A stretch of 26,109 nt of DNA from a virus (taxonomy: Duplodnaviria; Caudoviricetes): positions 1 through 26,109 of the IMG/VR virus record IMGVR_UViG_3300025282_000208; one strand, given 5' to 3'. The notes beneath the pieces are model-generated. The model saw nothing but the letters and a program-made list of their open reading frames with translations, was not told the origin of the DNA and made no database searches. Positions 1-8,670 of the stretch are shown here, piece by piece. Positions within the stretch are counted from its first letter, which is position 1. Each line of letters opens with the position of its first letter. Made by a program: the position numbers and the translations under genes.

Positions 1-4
1 CCGA

Positions 5-10
5 TATAAT
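5..10 (+). promoter_or_regulatory. Sigma70-type -10 box (TATAAT)
   Basis: Perfect TATAAT 16 nt upstream of the ATG at 27. A -35 box would lie outside the window. Confidence 0.35.
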
Positions 11-26
11 CGTTATTGTTATTCAT

Positions 27-251
27 ATGAAGCAAGTTATACATGTAAATCAGCACATCATAAAGCGTAATGCAAAGACAGGTGAACGAGTGCCGCCACT
101 TACTTGTAAGACTTACAAGAGTAACTCAAAGTGTTCGCAAATCATAATCAATAATCATACAAAGGTGATTTACAGTCCAGACAATCCACTTCCTTGTGGC
201 GCAAAAGTATGGATAGAAACAACTGAGGAGGTAGTTTGTATTCAGAATTAG
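27..251 (+). CDS. Small phage hypothetical protein (74 aa)
   Basis: ORF with IHVNQH...YSPD.PL.CGA.VWIET pattern that I recall from small phage proteins of unknown function. Visibly more AT-rich than downstream genes. Confidence 0.75.
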   Translation: MKQVIHVNQHIIKRNAKTGERVPPLTCKTYKSNSKCSQIIINNHTKVIYSPDNPLPCGAKVWIETTEEVVCIQN

Positions 252-293
252 ATCATATCGTTAGGAAAAAAGTGGAAAAAAAGCGCTCTTATT

Positions 294-353
294 GTATTTG
301 TGATTGTGAAGGTAATTGTATTGGTATAGGTGATGGTGATGGTGATGGTGGAG
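294..353. repeat. Degenerate tandem hexamer array (10 x GTNNNN, including 3 x GTGATG)
   Basis: gtattt gtgatt gtgaag gtaatt gtattg gtatag gtgatg gtgatg gtgatg gtggag read directly in the intergenic region. Confidence 0.9.
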
Positions 354-361
354 GCTATACT

Positions 362-404
362 TTTGCTACACCGTTTGCTAATGGCAAACGCATGGCTTTG
401 CCAT
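362..404. repeat. Cluster of TTTGCYA motifs forming overlapping inverted repeats (iteron/operator-like)
   Basis: TTTGCTA at 362 and 374, TGGCAAA at 382, TTTGCCA at 397. Inverted pairs CGTTTGC/GCAAACG (372-390) and ATGGCAAA/TTTGCCAT (381-404). Confidence 0.7.
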
Positions 405-438
405 AACAATACGCTCTTAAAGGTACAGGAATGAAGAT

Positions 439-873
439 ATGACAAATGTAGACAAAGCGGTCGCACAACAGGCGTATTTGAGGAATTTGCCGATGAATGG
501 CAAAGTCAGGGCAGCAAGCATGGCAAACGTATCCATGTCCGCCGTGAACAACTGGAGGCAGATGGAAGGATTCAGGCTAGACGAACAGCATGCAGTAGCC
601 GAGAGGGTAGATCGCATTGAGGTCGCACTCGAAAATATCGCTCTTGGATTAGAGGATGGTTCAGCAGTTCAAGTGAATGCTGCAAGGCTTGTGCTCGCAG
701 CCAATAGGAAAGAGTATCAATCACAATCACATACCCAGATCACCGGACCCGGAGGCGGACCACTACAGATAGCCAGCGTCGATGAACAACTGGTGCAGGA
801 AGCTGTAAGACAACTTGAGGCGAGGATGCTGGCACTACCTGCAGCGGTTGATGAAGAAACAACTACTACATAG
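439..873 (+). CDS. terS: Terminase small subunit
   Basis: N-terminal HTH-like segment (AASMANVSMSAVNNWRQ), helical core, and C-terminal ITGPGGGPLQI motif typical of TerS. Overlaps the start of terL. Confidence 0.8.
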   Translation: MTNVDKAVAQQAYLRNLPMNGKVRAASMANVSMSAVNNWRQMEGFRLDEQHAVAERVDRIEVALENIALGLEDGSAVQVNAARLVLAANRKEYQSQSHTQITGPGGGPLQIASVDEQLVQEAVRQLEARMLALPAAVDEETTTT

Positions 874-2584
874 CGATACAACACTTGAGTTCACGCTCGA
901 ATTGAGAGAGATGACAGCCGGCACTCCAGAGGAGCAGGCTGTTGTTCGCGCAGTCGCCGAGTCAAGTGCATCCGCATTCCTGATGGCAGGTGGCTGGACT
1001 AAGGTCATCAAGGAAGTCGCTGAAGATGGCTTGGAACGACCATCAGAGGTAACGACTCAACCATTCATACCGTGGCCAAGCCAGCGTACAGTCATCGACC
1101 AAGTTGTAGACCACATACGCAACGGTGAAGACATCGTCTGGGCGAAGAGCCGGGAGATGGGAGCATCATGGTTACTACTATCCATATCACTATGGGGCTG
1201 GCTCTACCACGGCTGGTCAGTGCTCATCTGCTCACGTACAGAAGACCTAGTAGACAGGGCTGGTGACCTTGACTCACTGTTCCCTCGAATCGACTCGATG
1301 GTTGAACGCTTGCCATCGTGTCTGCTGCCATGCGAACGTGAACTCATCATGCCAGGAGGGAAGAACCGTAGACACATGGTGCTCACACATCCTGATGGTC
1401 ATTCAATCGTAGGGCAGGCTACTACTGAACACATCGGTCGTGGTGGTAGGCGTACTGTAGTCATCTTCGATGAGGCAGCAGCACAGGATAAACTCGAAGC
1501 AGCTTGGCGATCAGCAGCAGATACAACACCATGTCGAATAGCCGTAAGTACACACCTGACAGGTAGTTACTTCACTCGTACACTGTGGCCGCTCGCTGAG
1601 TCAGTGGGTCAACCAACGCCAATACTAACAACCTATGAGGGGCATCCAGCCAAGTCACATGGTGGGGAGTGGCGTATGGATAGTGATGGCACAGTCACTG
1701 GTGAGCCTGGTCGCAAGTACTATTGGTCACCTTGGTTCGAGAATCAACTCAAAAGACGTGACTTGGTGGATATCAGAGAGAATGTGCTGGCATTGCCATC
1801 TACAGCCGGCAAGGGGTTCTTCTCACTAGCACACATCGTGAGGTGCAGGCGTGAGGTGTATGAGCCTAGACGTTGTGAAGTGGTGGATGATGTACTGATA
1901 GACTCACCATCAGGTCGGTGGCGTATCTTCAGAGAACCAACGATGGCAAGCAAGTTAGTAGTGGCAGCAGACCCAGCTTATGGCACAGGCAGACACAACT
2001 CTGCCGCTGTCATGATGGATGTAGAACGTCGAGAGGTAGTCGCAACATACGTTGACCCTCACTGCTCACCATATGATCTAGCGAAGGAACTTGTGCAAGC
2101 CGGCAGAACATGGGCAAGAGGTCGGTCTGAGATGCTCATTGGTTGGGAGGTCAATGGTCCTGGTGCTGCAATGCATCACGACCTAGAGCGTTTGAGATAC
2201 CCAGGCATATACCGAGAGAAGCGTGGCAAGCCTGGATGGACATCGAGCCGGCAGGCAAAGAGAACACTGTTCGGTGACTTGGCAAGGGCAATCGCAGATG
2301 ACACACTCATTATCCCAGATGGCGAGATACTAGACGAGATGGAGACAACGGTCGTGTACGACAATGGCGGGATAGGACCAGCGAGACTAGAGATAGATAA
2401 ATCGTCTGGTGCAATTGAAGCACATGGTGACCGTGTTGTTGCAATGGCATTGGCTATGCGTATGGCTGAAACAGCCTGCGGTGAGGCAGATCGTGTAGAG
2501 CCAGAGACAGGATTGCCAGACTTCTCTGCAAAGACACTAATGAAAATGGATGAAATAATGCCAGAAAACAAGTTGACAGGTTAA
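851..2584 (+). CDS. terL: Terminase large subunit
   Basis: Walker A variant WAKSREMGASW, Walker B VVIFDEAA, coupling motif AVST, RNase H-like nuclease acidic motifs VVAADPAYG, WEVNGPG and HGDRVVAMALA. Start is more likely ATG 851 (or 911) than TTG 815. Confidence 0.95.
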   Translation: MKKQLLHSDTTLEFTLELREMTAGTPEEQAVVRAVAESSASAFLMAGGWTKVIKEVAEDGLERPSEVTTQPFIPWPSQRTVIDQVVDHIRNGEDIVWAKSREMGASWLLLSISLWGWLYHGWSVLICSRTEDLVDRAGDLDSLFPRIDSMVERLPSCLLPCERELIMPGGKNRRHMVLTHPDGHSIVGQATTEHIGRGGRRTVVIFDEAAAQDKLEAAWRSAADTTPCRIAVSTHLTGSYFTRTLWPLAESVGQPTPILTTYEGHPAKSHGGEWRMDSDGTVTGEPGRKYYWSPWFENQLKRRDLVDIRENVLALPSTAGKGFFSLAHIVRCRREVYEPRRCEVVDDVLIDSPSGRWRIFREPTMASKLVVAADPAYGTGRHNSAAVMMDVERREVVATYVDPHCSPYDLAKELVQAGRTWARGRSEMLIGWEVNGPGAAMHHDLERLRYPGIYREKRGKPGWTSSRQAKRTLFGDLARAIADDTLIIPDGEILDEMETTVVYDNGGIGPARLEIDKSSGAIEAHGDRVVAMALAMRMAETACGEADRVEPETGLPDFSAKTLMKMDEIMPENKLTG

Positions 2585-2602
2585 TGTAAACATGGGTAAC
2601 CT
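2573..2602 (+). promoter_or_regulatory. Putative sigma70 promoter for structural genes (TTGACA-18 nt-TAACCT)
   Basis: Perfect -35 TTGACA at 2573-2578 in the end of terL and TAACCT at 2597-2602. An alternative TG-N-TATAAA lies at 2610-2618. Strong SD (AGGAGAGG) precedes ATG 2631. Confidence 0.5.
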
Positions 2603-2630
2603 ACCGATATGGTATAAATAGGAGAGGTAT

Positions 2631-2939
2631 ATGGCACAACAAGTAGAACGAGTAAAGCCAAAAAACGTAGTAACAGGTCAACTTAATCTTTCTGGATCAG
2701 CCGAGGTTATTGGCTCTTCTTTCGACTTGGTCGCATCTGAGATGACTGTCAAGGCGAAGGTGTCCAATGCAGACCCTGTCTACATCGGTAGTCATGTAGA
2801 TGTGGGTGGCACAACAGTAACAACTGGAAATGGGTTTGAGTTAAGAGCAGGACAGCAAATAACGGTGACTATTGGGTCACCAGATGAACTTTACGTCATA
2901 GGAACAGCGGATGACGATGTCTCATGGATAGCATCATAA
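2631..2939 (+). CDS. Small beta-rich virion-type protein (102 aa), possible decoration/spike domain
   Basis: Strong SD. Pattern VKA...N...VYIG...V....GFEL.AG..I.V.....LYVIG suggests a jelly-roll beta-sandwich. Confidence 0.65.
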   Translation: MAQQVERVKPKNVVTGQLNLSGSAEVIGSSFDLVASEMTVKAKVSNADPVYIGSHVDVGGTTVTTGNGFELRAGQQITVTIGSPDELYVIGTADDDVSWIAS

Positions 2940-2949
2940 GGGGGCACAC

Positions 2950-3054
2950 ATGCCAAAGGTAGGAAAGAAGAAGTTCGCATACACTGCCAAAGGGAAGAAG
3001 GCTGCAAAGAAGTACGCCAAGAAGACTGGCAAGAAGGTTAAGAAAAAATACTGA
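2950..3054 (+). CDS. 34-aa Lys-rich basic peptide (MPKVGKKKFAYTAKGKKAAKKYAKKTGKKVKKKY), not in ORF track
   Basis: Hand translation. SD-like AAGGGGG upstream, fills the intergenic gap exactly, and its TGA overlaps the next ATG (TGATG). 16 of 34 residues are Lys and none are acidic. Confidence 0.85.
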   Translation: MPKVGKKKFAYTAKGKKAAKKYAKKTGKKVKKKY

Positions 3055-3824
3055 TGAACCTAGCAGTTGTCAATCAGAACAACTCAGCATCTGTGGTGTT
3101 GCCGCCTGCGATGGACGACATGTTCGTGTGGTATGACACCTCAGAGTCGCTGACATCATCTAAAAACATAACGACGATGTACGATAAGACTGACGGAGGA
3201 GTGACTTTGGAGAACGACGCTGGCGTTGTAGACCCAGACTTCGCTGCTATGTCTGGGGCATTTAACGGTCACAGGGTGATGCACTTCGATCAAGCCGGGA
3301 GTGCTGAAAAGTTCTTTGACTCTGTAGTGGACTGGTCGCCAGTAACAGGGGGAACCGGTTCACTAGTAACTAACCCAGAGTACTCGATAGCGTTAGTTGT
3401 ATCGGAGGATTCGGCAGCGTCAGGATCAGAAGTGTTGTTCAAAGCTGAAGGAAATGATGGGGCTACTTTCGTCATCAAAAGATTTAACCCCAACGTAGTA
3501 GCACAAATAGATAACTTCGATGATCCGCGTCGAAATACCGCGAACGACGATATGGTGGAGACTTTTACAGAGGGTGACACAGACACAGTTATAACAACCG
3601 TACAGGATATGACAATTACACAAGACGTAAGAATGTTCTACAACGGAGCCATTGGTGTCACTTTTTCTGTACCGTATGGAGTGCAAGACCTTGATGGGAT
3701 AACGCTCGGCAAGAATTGGCACGGTGGCATCGGTGAAGTTATTATTTGGAAAAAGCAACTGACAACTGCTGAGGTGACAGAGGCACATAACTACTTATCA
3801 GATAAGTGGGGTGGCGGTTCATGA
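3054..3824 (+). CDS. LamG/concanavalin A-like jelly-roll domain protein
   Basis: N-terminal VWYD motif and C-terminal GGIGEVIIWKKQLTTAEVTEAHNYLSDKWG, characteristic of LamG-like domains. Translationally coupled on both sides. Confidence 0.75.
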   Translation: MNLAVVNQNNSASVVLPPAMDDMFVWYDTSESLTSSKNITTMYDKTDGGVTLENDAGVVDPDFAAMSGAFNGHRVMHFDQAGSAEKFFDSVVDWSPVTGGTGSLVTNPEYSIALVVSEDSAASGSEVLFKAEGNDGATFVIKRFNPNVVAQIDNFDDPRRNTANDDMVETFTEGDTDTVITTVQDMTITQDVRMFYNGAIGVTFSVPYGVQDLDGITLGKNWHGGIGEVIIWKKQLTTAEVTEAHNYLSDKWGGGS

Positions 3825-5590
3825 TAAAACTTGATGAGAAAAAACTAAAAGAAGAACTAAAGACCGCAAGGCAATGGCGTAACCAGCACCTTGAATCATG
3901 GAAGGAGATGGTGGACAGGTTCTCTGGACCTGCCTATCTGGAAAGTGGGGGCATGGACAAAGCGTCCAATGACCCAGAGAACTTCGCGTATTCAATGGTT
4001 GGTCTGATCCTCCCCAAGTTGGTGTACGATGCACCAAGGGTAGAGATTGAAGCAGACGACCCAATAGCAGATGGATTCACGGCCGAGACACTCGAAGCAG
4101 CGATGAATCGGTGGACAATACGTTCCAGCCTGCGACAAACATTACAGCGAATAGGCACGGACATGTTGTTCTCATGGGGTATTGCGATGGTGACTCGTGA
4201 GCCAGAAGGTTCAATGAGACGCATCGACCCACACCATATGGGTACGACTCCACGTGTATACCGTATCAGCCCAGAACATTTTATCATGGACCCGGCAGCA
4301 GACTCCTTCGAGGACTCACGATTCCTTGGACATTCATACGCAATGGACTTGGATGACCTAAAAGAACGAGCGAAAGAAGACGATGACTACGACATGGAAG
4401 TGATCGAAGAACTAACAGCCGGAACAGGCAACGATGACTTTAGGTTCAAGTACGGAGAACGACGAGAGATAACTGACCGTGAAGAGGTTCTTATCACAGA
4501 GTTGTGGGTCCCGGAACTTGAAGCAGAAGACCATCCTAAAGATGGCAAACACAACGGTACGATTTACGTACTAGCAGAAGGTGCGGAGGGAGAGGTGTCA
4601 GTCATCTCAAAACCCAAGCCCTACTACGGACCACCAACTGGTCCATACACAATGTTCGGAGTTTATACAGTTCCTGGTGATCAGCATCCACTTGGACCGC
4701 TGACGGCGGCAGATGGTCTAATACGCGAGTTGAATCATCACTTGAAAAGCATGGGAAGTTCTGCCGCAGCGTATCGCCGTCTCGTTGGTGTTGATGCCAG
4801 GGCTGCCAAACTAGCACAGGACATAGCGAACAAGCCAGACTTGTTTGTCGTGCCTATCGAGAACTTAGACAAAGACCGTGTTGTGCATATGGAGTTTGGC
4901 GGTGTAACACCACAACAAATCACATATGCTGAGATGACACAGAACAGACTTGACCGTCTGACCGGGATATCCGAGGTCATGCGTGGCAACATCCACGGTG
5001 ACACGACAGCGACAGAAGTAACAACAGCCGCATCATCAGCCGGCATTCGAGTAGCATGGATGCAACAACAGTTTGCAGAGGCTGCATCCAAGGTGCTATG
5101 GACAGTGGGCTGGTATCTGTGGCACGATGACCAGATTGAAATGCCTCTTGGCAACGAGGGCTTGAAGATAGCGGGTGGAAGAACATTGAAATGGAAGGGT
5201 GGCAGGGAAGACAATTACGCTGCCATGTCCATCAAGGTGCAGGCTCACTCTATGCAACGAGTGGACGAGGCATTACAACAGAAACGTAGCGTTGAACTCT
5301 TGCAGTTGGTCATGCAGGTGGGTCAGATGATTCCCGCGATGCCGTTCATTGACTGGAACAAACTCATTGACAACATCGGTGACACATTGAACATGCCTGA
5401 CCTTGGCAAGATTATAAACGCTAGAGGGGCTGCGCCCCCACAGGCTGCGCCCCCACAGGCTGCCGGACCAGTAGATGGTATGCCGCCTGGGTCAACCGGG
5501 GTCAGCCCAGCGACATCAGTAGGAGACTTGATTTCTTCAGCCACACGTGGCGTAGGAGCAGGTAGACCTGGAGGCAGGGTAATAAAGTGA
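3821..5590 (+). CDS. Portal protein (P22-like), about 589 aa
   Basis: Size, position between terL and scaffold/capsid, RISPEHFIMDPAA motif, TGISEVMRG...TATEV motif and Pro/Gly-rich tail. True start is likely ATG 3821 (ATGA overlap with upstream stop). Confidence 0.88.
   Translation: MIKLDEKKLKEELKTARQWRNQHLESWKEMVDRFSGPAYLESGGMDKASNDPENFAYSMVGLILPKLVYDAPRVEIEADDPIADGFTAETLEAAMNRWTIRSSLRQTLQRIGTDMLFSWGIAMVTREPEGSMRRIDPHHMGTTPRVYRISPEHFIMDPAADSFEDSRFLGHSYAMDLDDLKERAKEDDDYDMEVIEELTAGTGNDDFRFKYGERREITDREEVLITELWVPELEAEDHPKDGKHNGTIYVLAEGAEGEVSVISKPKPYYGPPTGPYTMFGVYTVPGDQHPLGPLTAADGLIRELNHHLKSMGSSAAAYRRLVGVDARAAKLAQDIANKPDLFVVPIENLDKDRVVHMEFGGVTPQQITYAEMTQNRLDRLTGISEVMRGNIHGDTTATEVTTAASSAGIRVAWMQQQFAEAASKVLWTVGWYLWHDDQIEMPLGNEGLKIAGGRTLKWKGGREDNYAAMSIKVQAHSMQRVDEALQQKRSVELLQLVMQVGQMIPAMPFIDWNKLIDNIGDTLNMPDLGKIINARGAAPPQAAPPQAAGPVDGMPPGSTGVSPATSVGDLISSATRGVGAGRPGGRVIK
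5428..5463 (+). repeat. 15-bp tandem duplication (GGCTGCGCCCCCACA x2.4) encoding AAPPQ repeats in the portal tail
   Basis: Read directly; in frame. Confidence 0.9.
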
Positions 5591-5883
5591 TATACGACTT
5601 CGTCAATGATATAACAGGTAAAACCGTAGAGTTACATTACTCTATGGCTAATGTGCCATCTATTGGCGAGGTTATTGAGCATGAAGGGGAAAAGTTACGT
5701 CGAATATCGTGTTGTCAGATAGATGCAGGCATGGCTGCAAAGGTACACGGATATCCATACGTGTCCAGCGCCCTGCCAAGAAATCTGGAAGGTTGTGGTA
5801 CTAATGGGCAAGGAAAGCCGATAGTAACCTCAAGGAATCACGAACGCGAACTAAGAAGCCGTCATGGATACTCAAGGGACTGA
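5587..5883 (+). CDS. Small protein following portal, resembling FmdB-like phage proteins but lacking the CxxC pairs
   Basis: GTG start overlapping the portal stop (GTGA). N-terminus MIYDFVNDITGKTVE resembles M(P)xYxYxCxxCG..E starts with the cysteines replaced. Confidence 0.55.
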   Translation: MIYDFVNDITGKTVELHYSMANVPSIGEVIEHEGEKLRRISCCQIDAGMAAKVHGYPYVSSALPRNLEGCGTNGQGKPIVTSRNHERELRSRHGYSRD

Positions 5884-5885
5884 AT

Positions 5886-6821
5886 ATGAAAGACGAACAG
5901 GCAGCCACCGAATCAACTACAAACTCCGCCGCAGTAGATAGTGGTGAGGGGGCGGAAACTAATCCAGCCGTCTCCGTGCCTAATTCGGCTGAAACTGAGG
6001 ATTCCATACTTGACAAAATCCTTGAAGATGATAATAATGAACAAACTAGGACACCTGAACCTATACTCACAGAGGCGACTACGGAAGAGGAAGTCGTGGA
6101 TGATGAGCAGGAAGGGTTGCTCCGAGCCTTGCGACGTGATGGCGTTCCACAGTCCATCATAGACCAGGTGTCTAAAGATCCGGATATGTTGGATCAATGG
6201 GCAAACACAGCCTTGAAGCGTCAATCACACGTGGACGGGTATACAGAGAAGATGAAGGAGTTGGAAGACCAACTCGTTAGTCAGGGTGAACAGACACCCG
6301 AAGATAAGAAAGTATCTGAACAAACAGGTGCAGAAGAGTCTGAGGTGAGCAACAACTCACTGGACGCACTTACCGACGAAATCGGTGAGGAAGCGGTTGT
6401 ACCGATTCGAGACATGCAACTTCAACTAACAGAGATGAAGCAGCAACTGGATGAAGCAAACCGTCGCGTGGCAGAGTCTGAGGTACGGGCACAAATTGAA
6501 AGTGCAAGTAACTCCGTGTTAGGACAATGGGACATCACTGACGAGAAGAAGGACGCAGTGATTAACAGGATGTCTGAACTAGGAAAGACGAAGCCGGGAA
6601 CTTTTGAAAGCATTGAGGCTTTGATGCATCAAGCTGCAACAGAGGTACTAGGACAGCCAAAGGCGAAGACTCGCAAATCGGCAACACCTAGTCCACCGTC
6701 ACGAGTCGCTCGACTTGAAAGACCCACTGATGTGGATTCAAGAGAAGATGCGGCACTGGAAGTATTGCTTTCAGGTGGATCTGTTGAACAGGCAAAACAA
6801 GCCGCTATGCATAAAACTTAG
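5886..6821 (+). CDS. Capsid scaffolding protein
   Basis: Very acidic, low complexity, coiled-coil segments (QLQLTEMKQQLDEANRRVAE), immediately upstream of the capsid gene. Confidence 0.75.
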   Translation: MKDEQAATESTTNSAAVDSGEGAETNPAVSVPNSAETEDSILDKILEDDNNEQTRTPEPILTEATTEEEVVDDEQEGLLRALRRDGVPQSIIDQVSKDPDMLDQWANTALKRQSHVDGYTEKMKELEDQLVSQGEQTPEDKKVSEQTGAEESEVSNNSLDALTDEIGEEAVVPIRDMQLQLTEMKQQLDEANRRVAESEVRAQIESASNSVLGQWDITDEKKDAVINRMSELGKTKPGTFESIEALMHQAATEVLGQPKAKTRKSATPSPPSRVARLERPTDVDSREDAALEVLLSGGSVEQAKQAAMHKT

Positions 6822-6841
6822 TTTATTGAAAGGGGTACAGC

Positions 6842-8149
6842 ATGGCTGGCACACCTGCGGATAAATTCCGCGATTTCATGGAAGCTACTGGACCAGCATA
6901 CCTAACAGGTCCAGACACGATCATCAATGAGGCTGTTGAAAAACGGTATCTTTGGGGTGATCTTGTAAAAGGGAAGGAGCGCGCTATTCAAGGTGGTACT
7001 GATGTACGAGAAACCTTGATGACAAGTGACGGTGCGACCTTCCAGTACTATCAACCGAACGAGACATTTACTTGGTCTAACCCTCAAGTGCTTGACACAG
7101 TGACCGCTGATTGGCGATTTGCTGTAGATCACTTGGCATGGACTGATCACGAAGTCGAATTGAATGCTGGCGATGGTCTGACTAAAGACGCATTGAAAGT
7201 TGCTTACAAGCGCCTGAAACGTGCTAAAGAGCAACGCATGGTTACATCGTTAACCAATGGCCTTGAGGCATCACTATGGACTTCACCTTGGAACGCTACA
7301 GCAGATATGGAATCTGCATCTGGCAAAGTTCCATTCTCGATTCCTTGCTTCATTACTGAAAACGGATTCTCCGTAGACAGTGAGTGGCGTGGTAAGCAAA
7401 TTGACGCTGCTTGGTCAACTATCGCTGGTATTGATCCAGACGAAGAAGGCAAGTGGTCAAATCAAATTACTTTCTACAGTCGAGACTTGGCAGCGAATGC
7501 GACATCAGAATCGCAGTCATATGTAGAGTATCACAACAGTGAGGCATCAACTACACACAACGTGTATGGCTTGATCACAGCGTTTGATGAAATGTTCTTG
7601 AAATTGGACTACCGTCCACCTTCAACGAATGCAGAATACTTTGAGAACGCATCAATGAACCAGCAAAAGATTGTTTGTTCACGACGTGGTATCAACGAGT
7701 ATAAGCGAGCGTTGCGAGACTCAAATGACCGCCTTGTATCATCTCAAGACGCTGCGTACAGTTCGCCTGCATACAGTGGTATTCCACTAACATATGCATC
7801 GCAACTAGATTCAGCAGAGTTGTACAACAAGGACGACAATGTTGGGTCTTGGGATCACGATGACTCATTGACAGGTCGTCAAGAGGCGGCTGAGATTGCC
7901 ATCAACACAACTGCTGGTGGTTCAGAATTTGCTGATGATACCATCGACAAAGGTGCTCGATACTACTGGATCAATGGTGCTTACTTAACACCATTCGTTC
8001 ACTCACGACGTTACATGGTTAAGCACGATGTCATGCGACATCCAAATCAACCATTCACTAACATTCAACCCACGGACACGTGGTGGAATCTCCTTGCTAG
8101 TTCGCGTCTGCGACACGGCATCGTTTCTCCTCGACGTACATCCGGCTAA
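6842..8149 (+). CDS. Major capsid protein (HK97 fold inferred)
   Basis: 435 aa, follows scaffold, SD GAAAGGGG. IQGG..V...L E-loop-like segment, YSGIPL and C-terminal RLRHGIV patterns typical of capsid proteins. Confidence 0.85.
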   Translation: MAGTPADKFRDFMEATGPAYLTGPDTIINEAVEKRYLWGDLVKGKERAIQGGTDVRETLMTSDGATFQYYQPNETFTWSNPQVLDTVTADWRFAVDHLAWTDHEVELNAGDGLTKDALKVAYKRLKRAKEQRMVTSLTNGLEASLWTSPWNATADMESASGKVPFSIPCFITENGFSVDSEWRGKQIDAAWSTIAGIDPDEEGKWSNQITFYSRDLAANATSESQSYVEYHNSEASTTHNVYGLITAFDEMFLKLDYRPPSTNAEYFENASMNQQKIVCSRRGINEYKRALRDSNDRLVSSQDAAYSSPAYSGIPLTYASQLDSAELYNKDDNVGSWDHDDSLTGRQEAAEIAINTTAGGSEFADDTIDKGARYYWINGAYLTPFVHSRRYMVKHDVMRHPNQPFTNIQPTDTWWNLLASSRLRHGIVSPRRTSG

Positions 8150-8169
8150 TTTGAAGGAAGGATATTACT

Positions 8170-8598
8170 ATGAAACTTTCAAGTATTGCAGGAACACAGG
8201 GAATTGGGTTTGCCCAAGAGACATTTGTTGGCAAAGCTTCTGAAGACATTGCAAAGGGCGATCTCGTTCAATGTTTGCTCACAGCTCTAGAACCTGATGA
8301 TGACATAAGCATTTCGATTGCTTCTGTTTTCACACATGGTATCTACGGAATTGCTCTCGAAGCGATTACAAACGGCAAGCGAGGATTATGTTGTCTGAGT
8401 GGCAAGGTAGAAGCAAAGGCTGGTGCTACAGAGGCGACCCTTGGTAAGCAACTAATGGGAGAAGCTGGTGGCGGTCTAGTCCAACTCACAGGTAACGACG
8501 TTGCCTGTGTAGGTCTAGCGGTCGATGCGGGAACAGATGGGTCACTACACACAGTGATTTTTGATGGTTTCCAACTGGACAACCACGGCACTACATAA
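8170..8598 (+). CDS. Capsid cement/decoration protein (DUF2190-like)
   Basis: 142 aa, Gly/Ala-rich, directly after MCP, with motifs ASEDIAKGDLV, YGIALEAI..G..G and CVGLAVDA. SD AAGGAAGG. Confidence 0.7.
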   Translation: MKLSSIAGTQGIGFAQETFVGKASEDIAKGDLVQCLLTALEPDDDISISIASVFTHGIYGIALEAITNGKRGLCCLSGKVEAKAGATEATLGKQLMGEAGGGLVQLTGNDVACVGLAVDAGTDGSLHTVIFDGFQLDNHGTT

Positions 8599-8620
8599 TT
8601 GAACCCTAACGGTTCTGAAC

Positions 8621-8646
8621 GGGGGACTCTCTTTGGAGAGTCTCCT
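8621..8646 (+). terminator. Strong hairpin after capsid/cement genes (attenuating terminator or mRNA-stabilising stem)
   Basis: GGGGGACTCTC-TTTG-GAGAGTCTCCT: 11-bp stem with two G-U pairs. No U-tract follows. Confidence 0.55.
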
Positions 8647-8670
8647 ACTCTAAACCGCTAAGGAACAATT

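Noticed and set aside
294-404. CRISPR array or tRNA in the repeat-rich intergenic region
   Set aside because: Repeat units are 6-8 bp with no repeat-spacer periodicity and no cloverleaf.
248-466. 72-aa minus-strand ORF as a real gene
   Set aside because: It is opposite to the operon, overlaps the terS start, and its TITITIT content is just the hexamer array; treated as a non-coding or remnant element.
8028-8243. Programmed frameshift extending the capsid protein (T7 10B-like)
   Set aside because: No slippery heptamer seen near the MCP end, and the frame of the downstream cement gene has a TGA at 8152, blocking a fusion.
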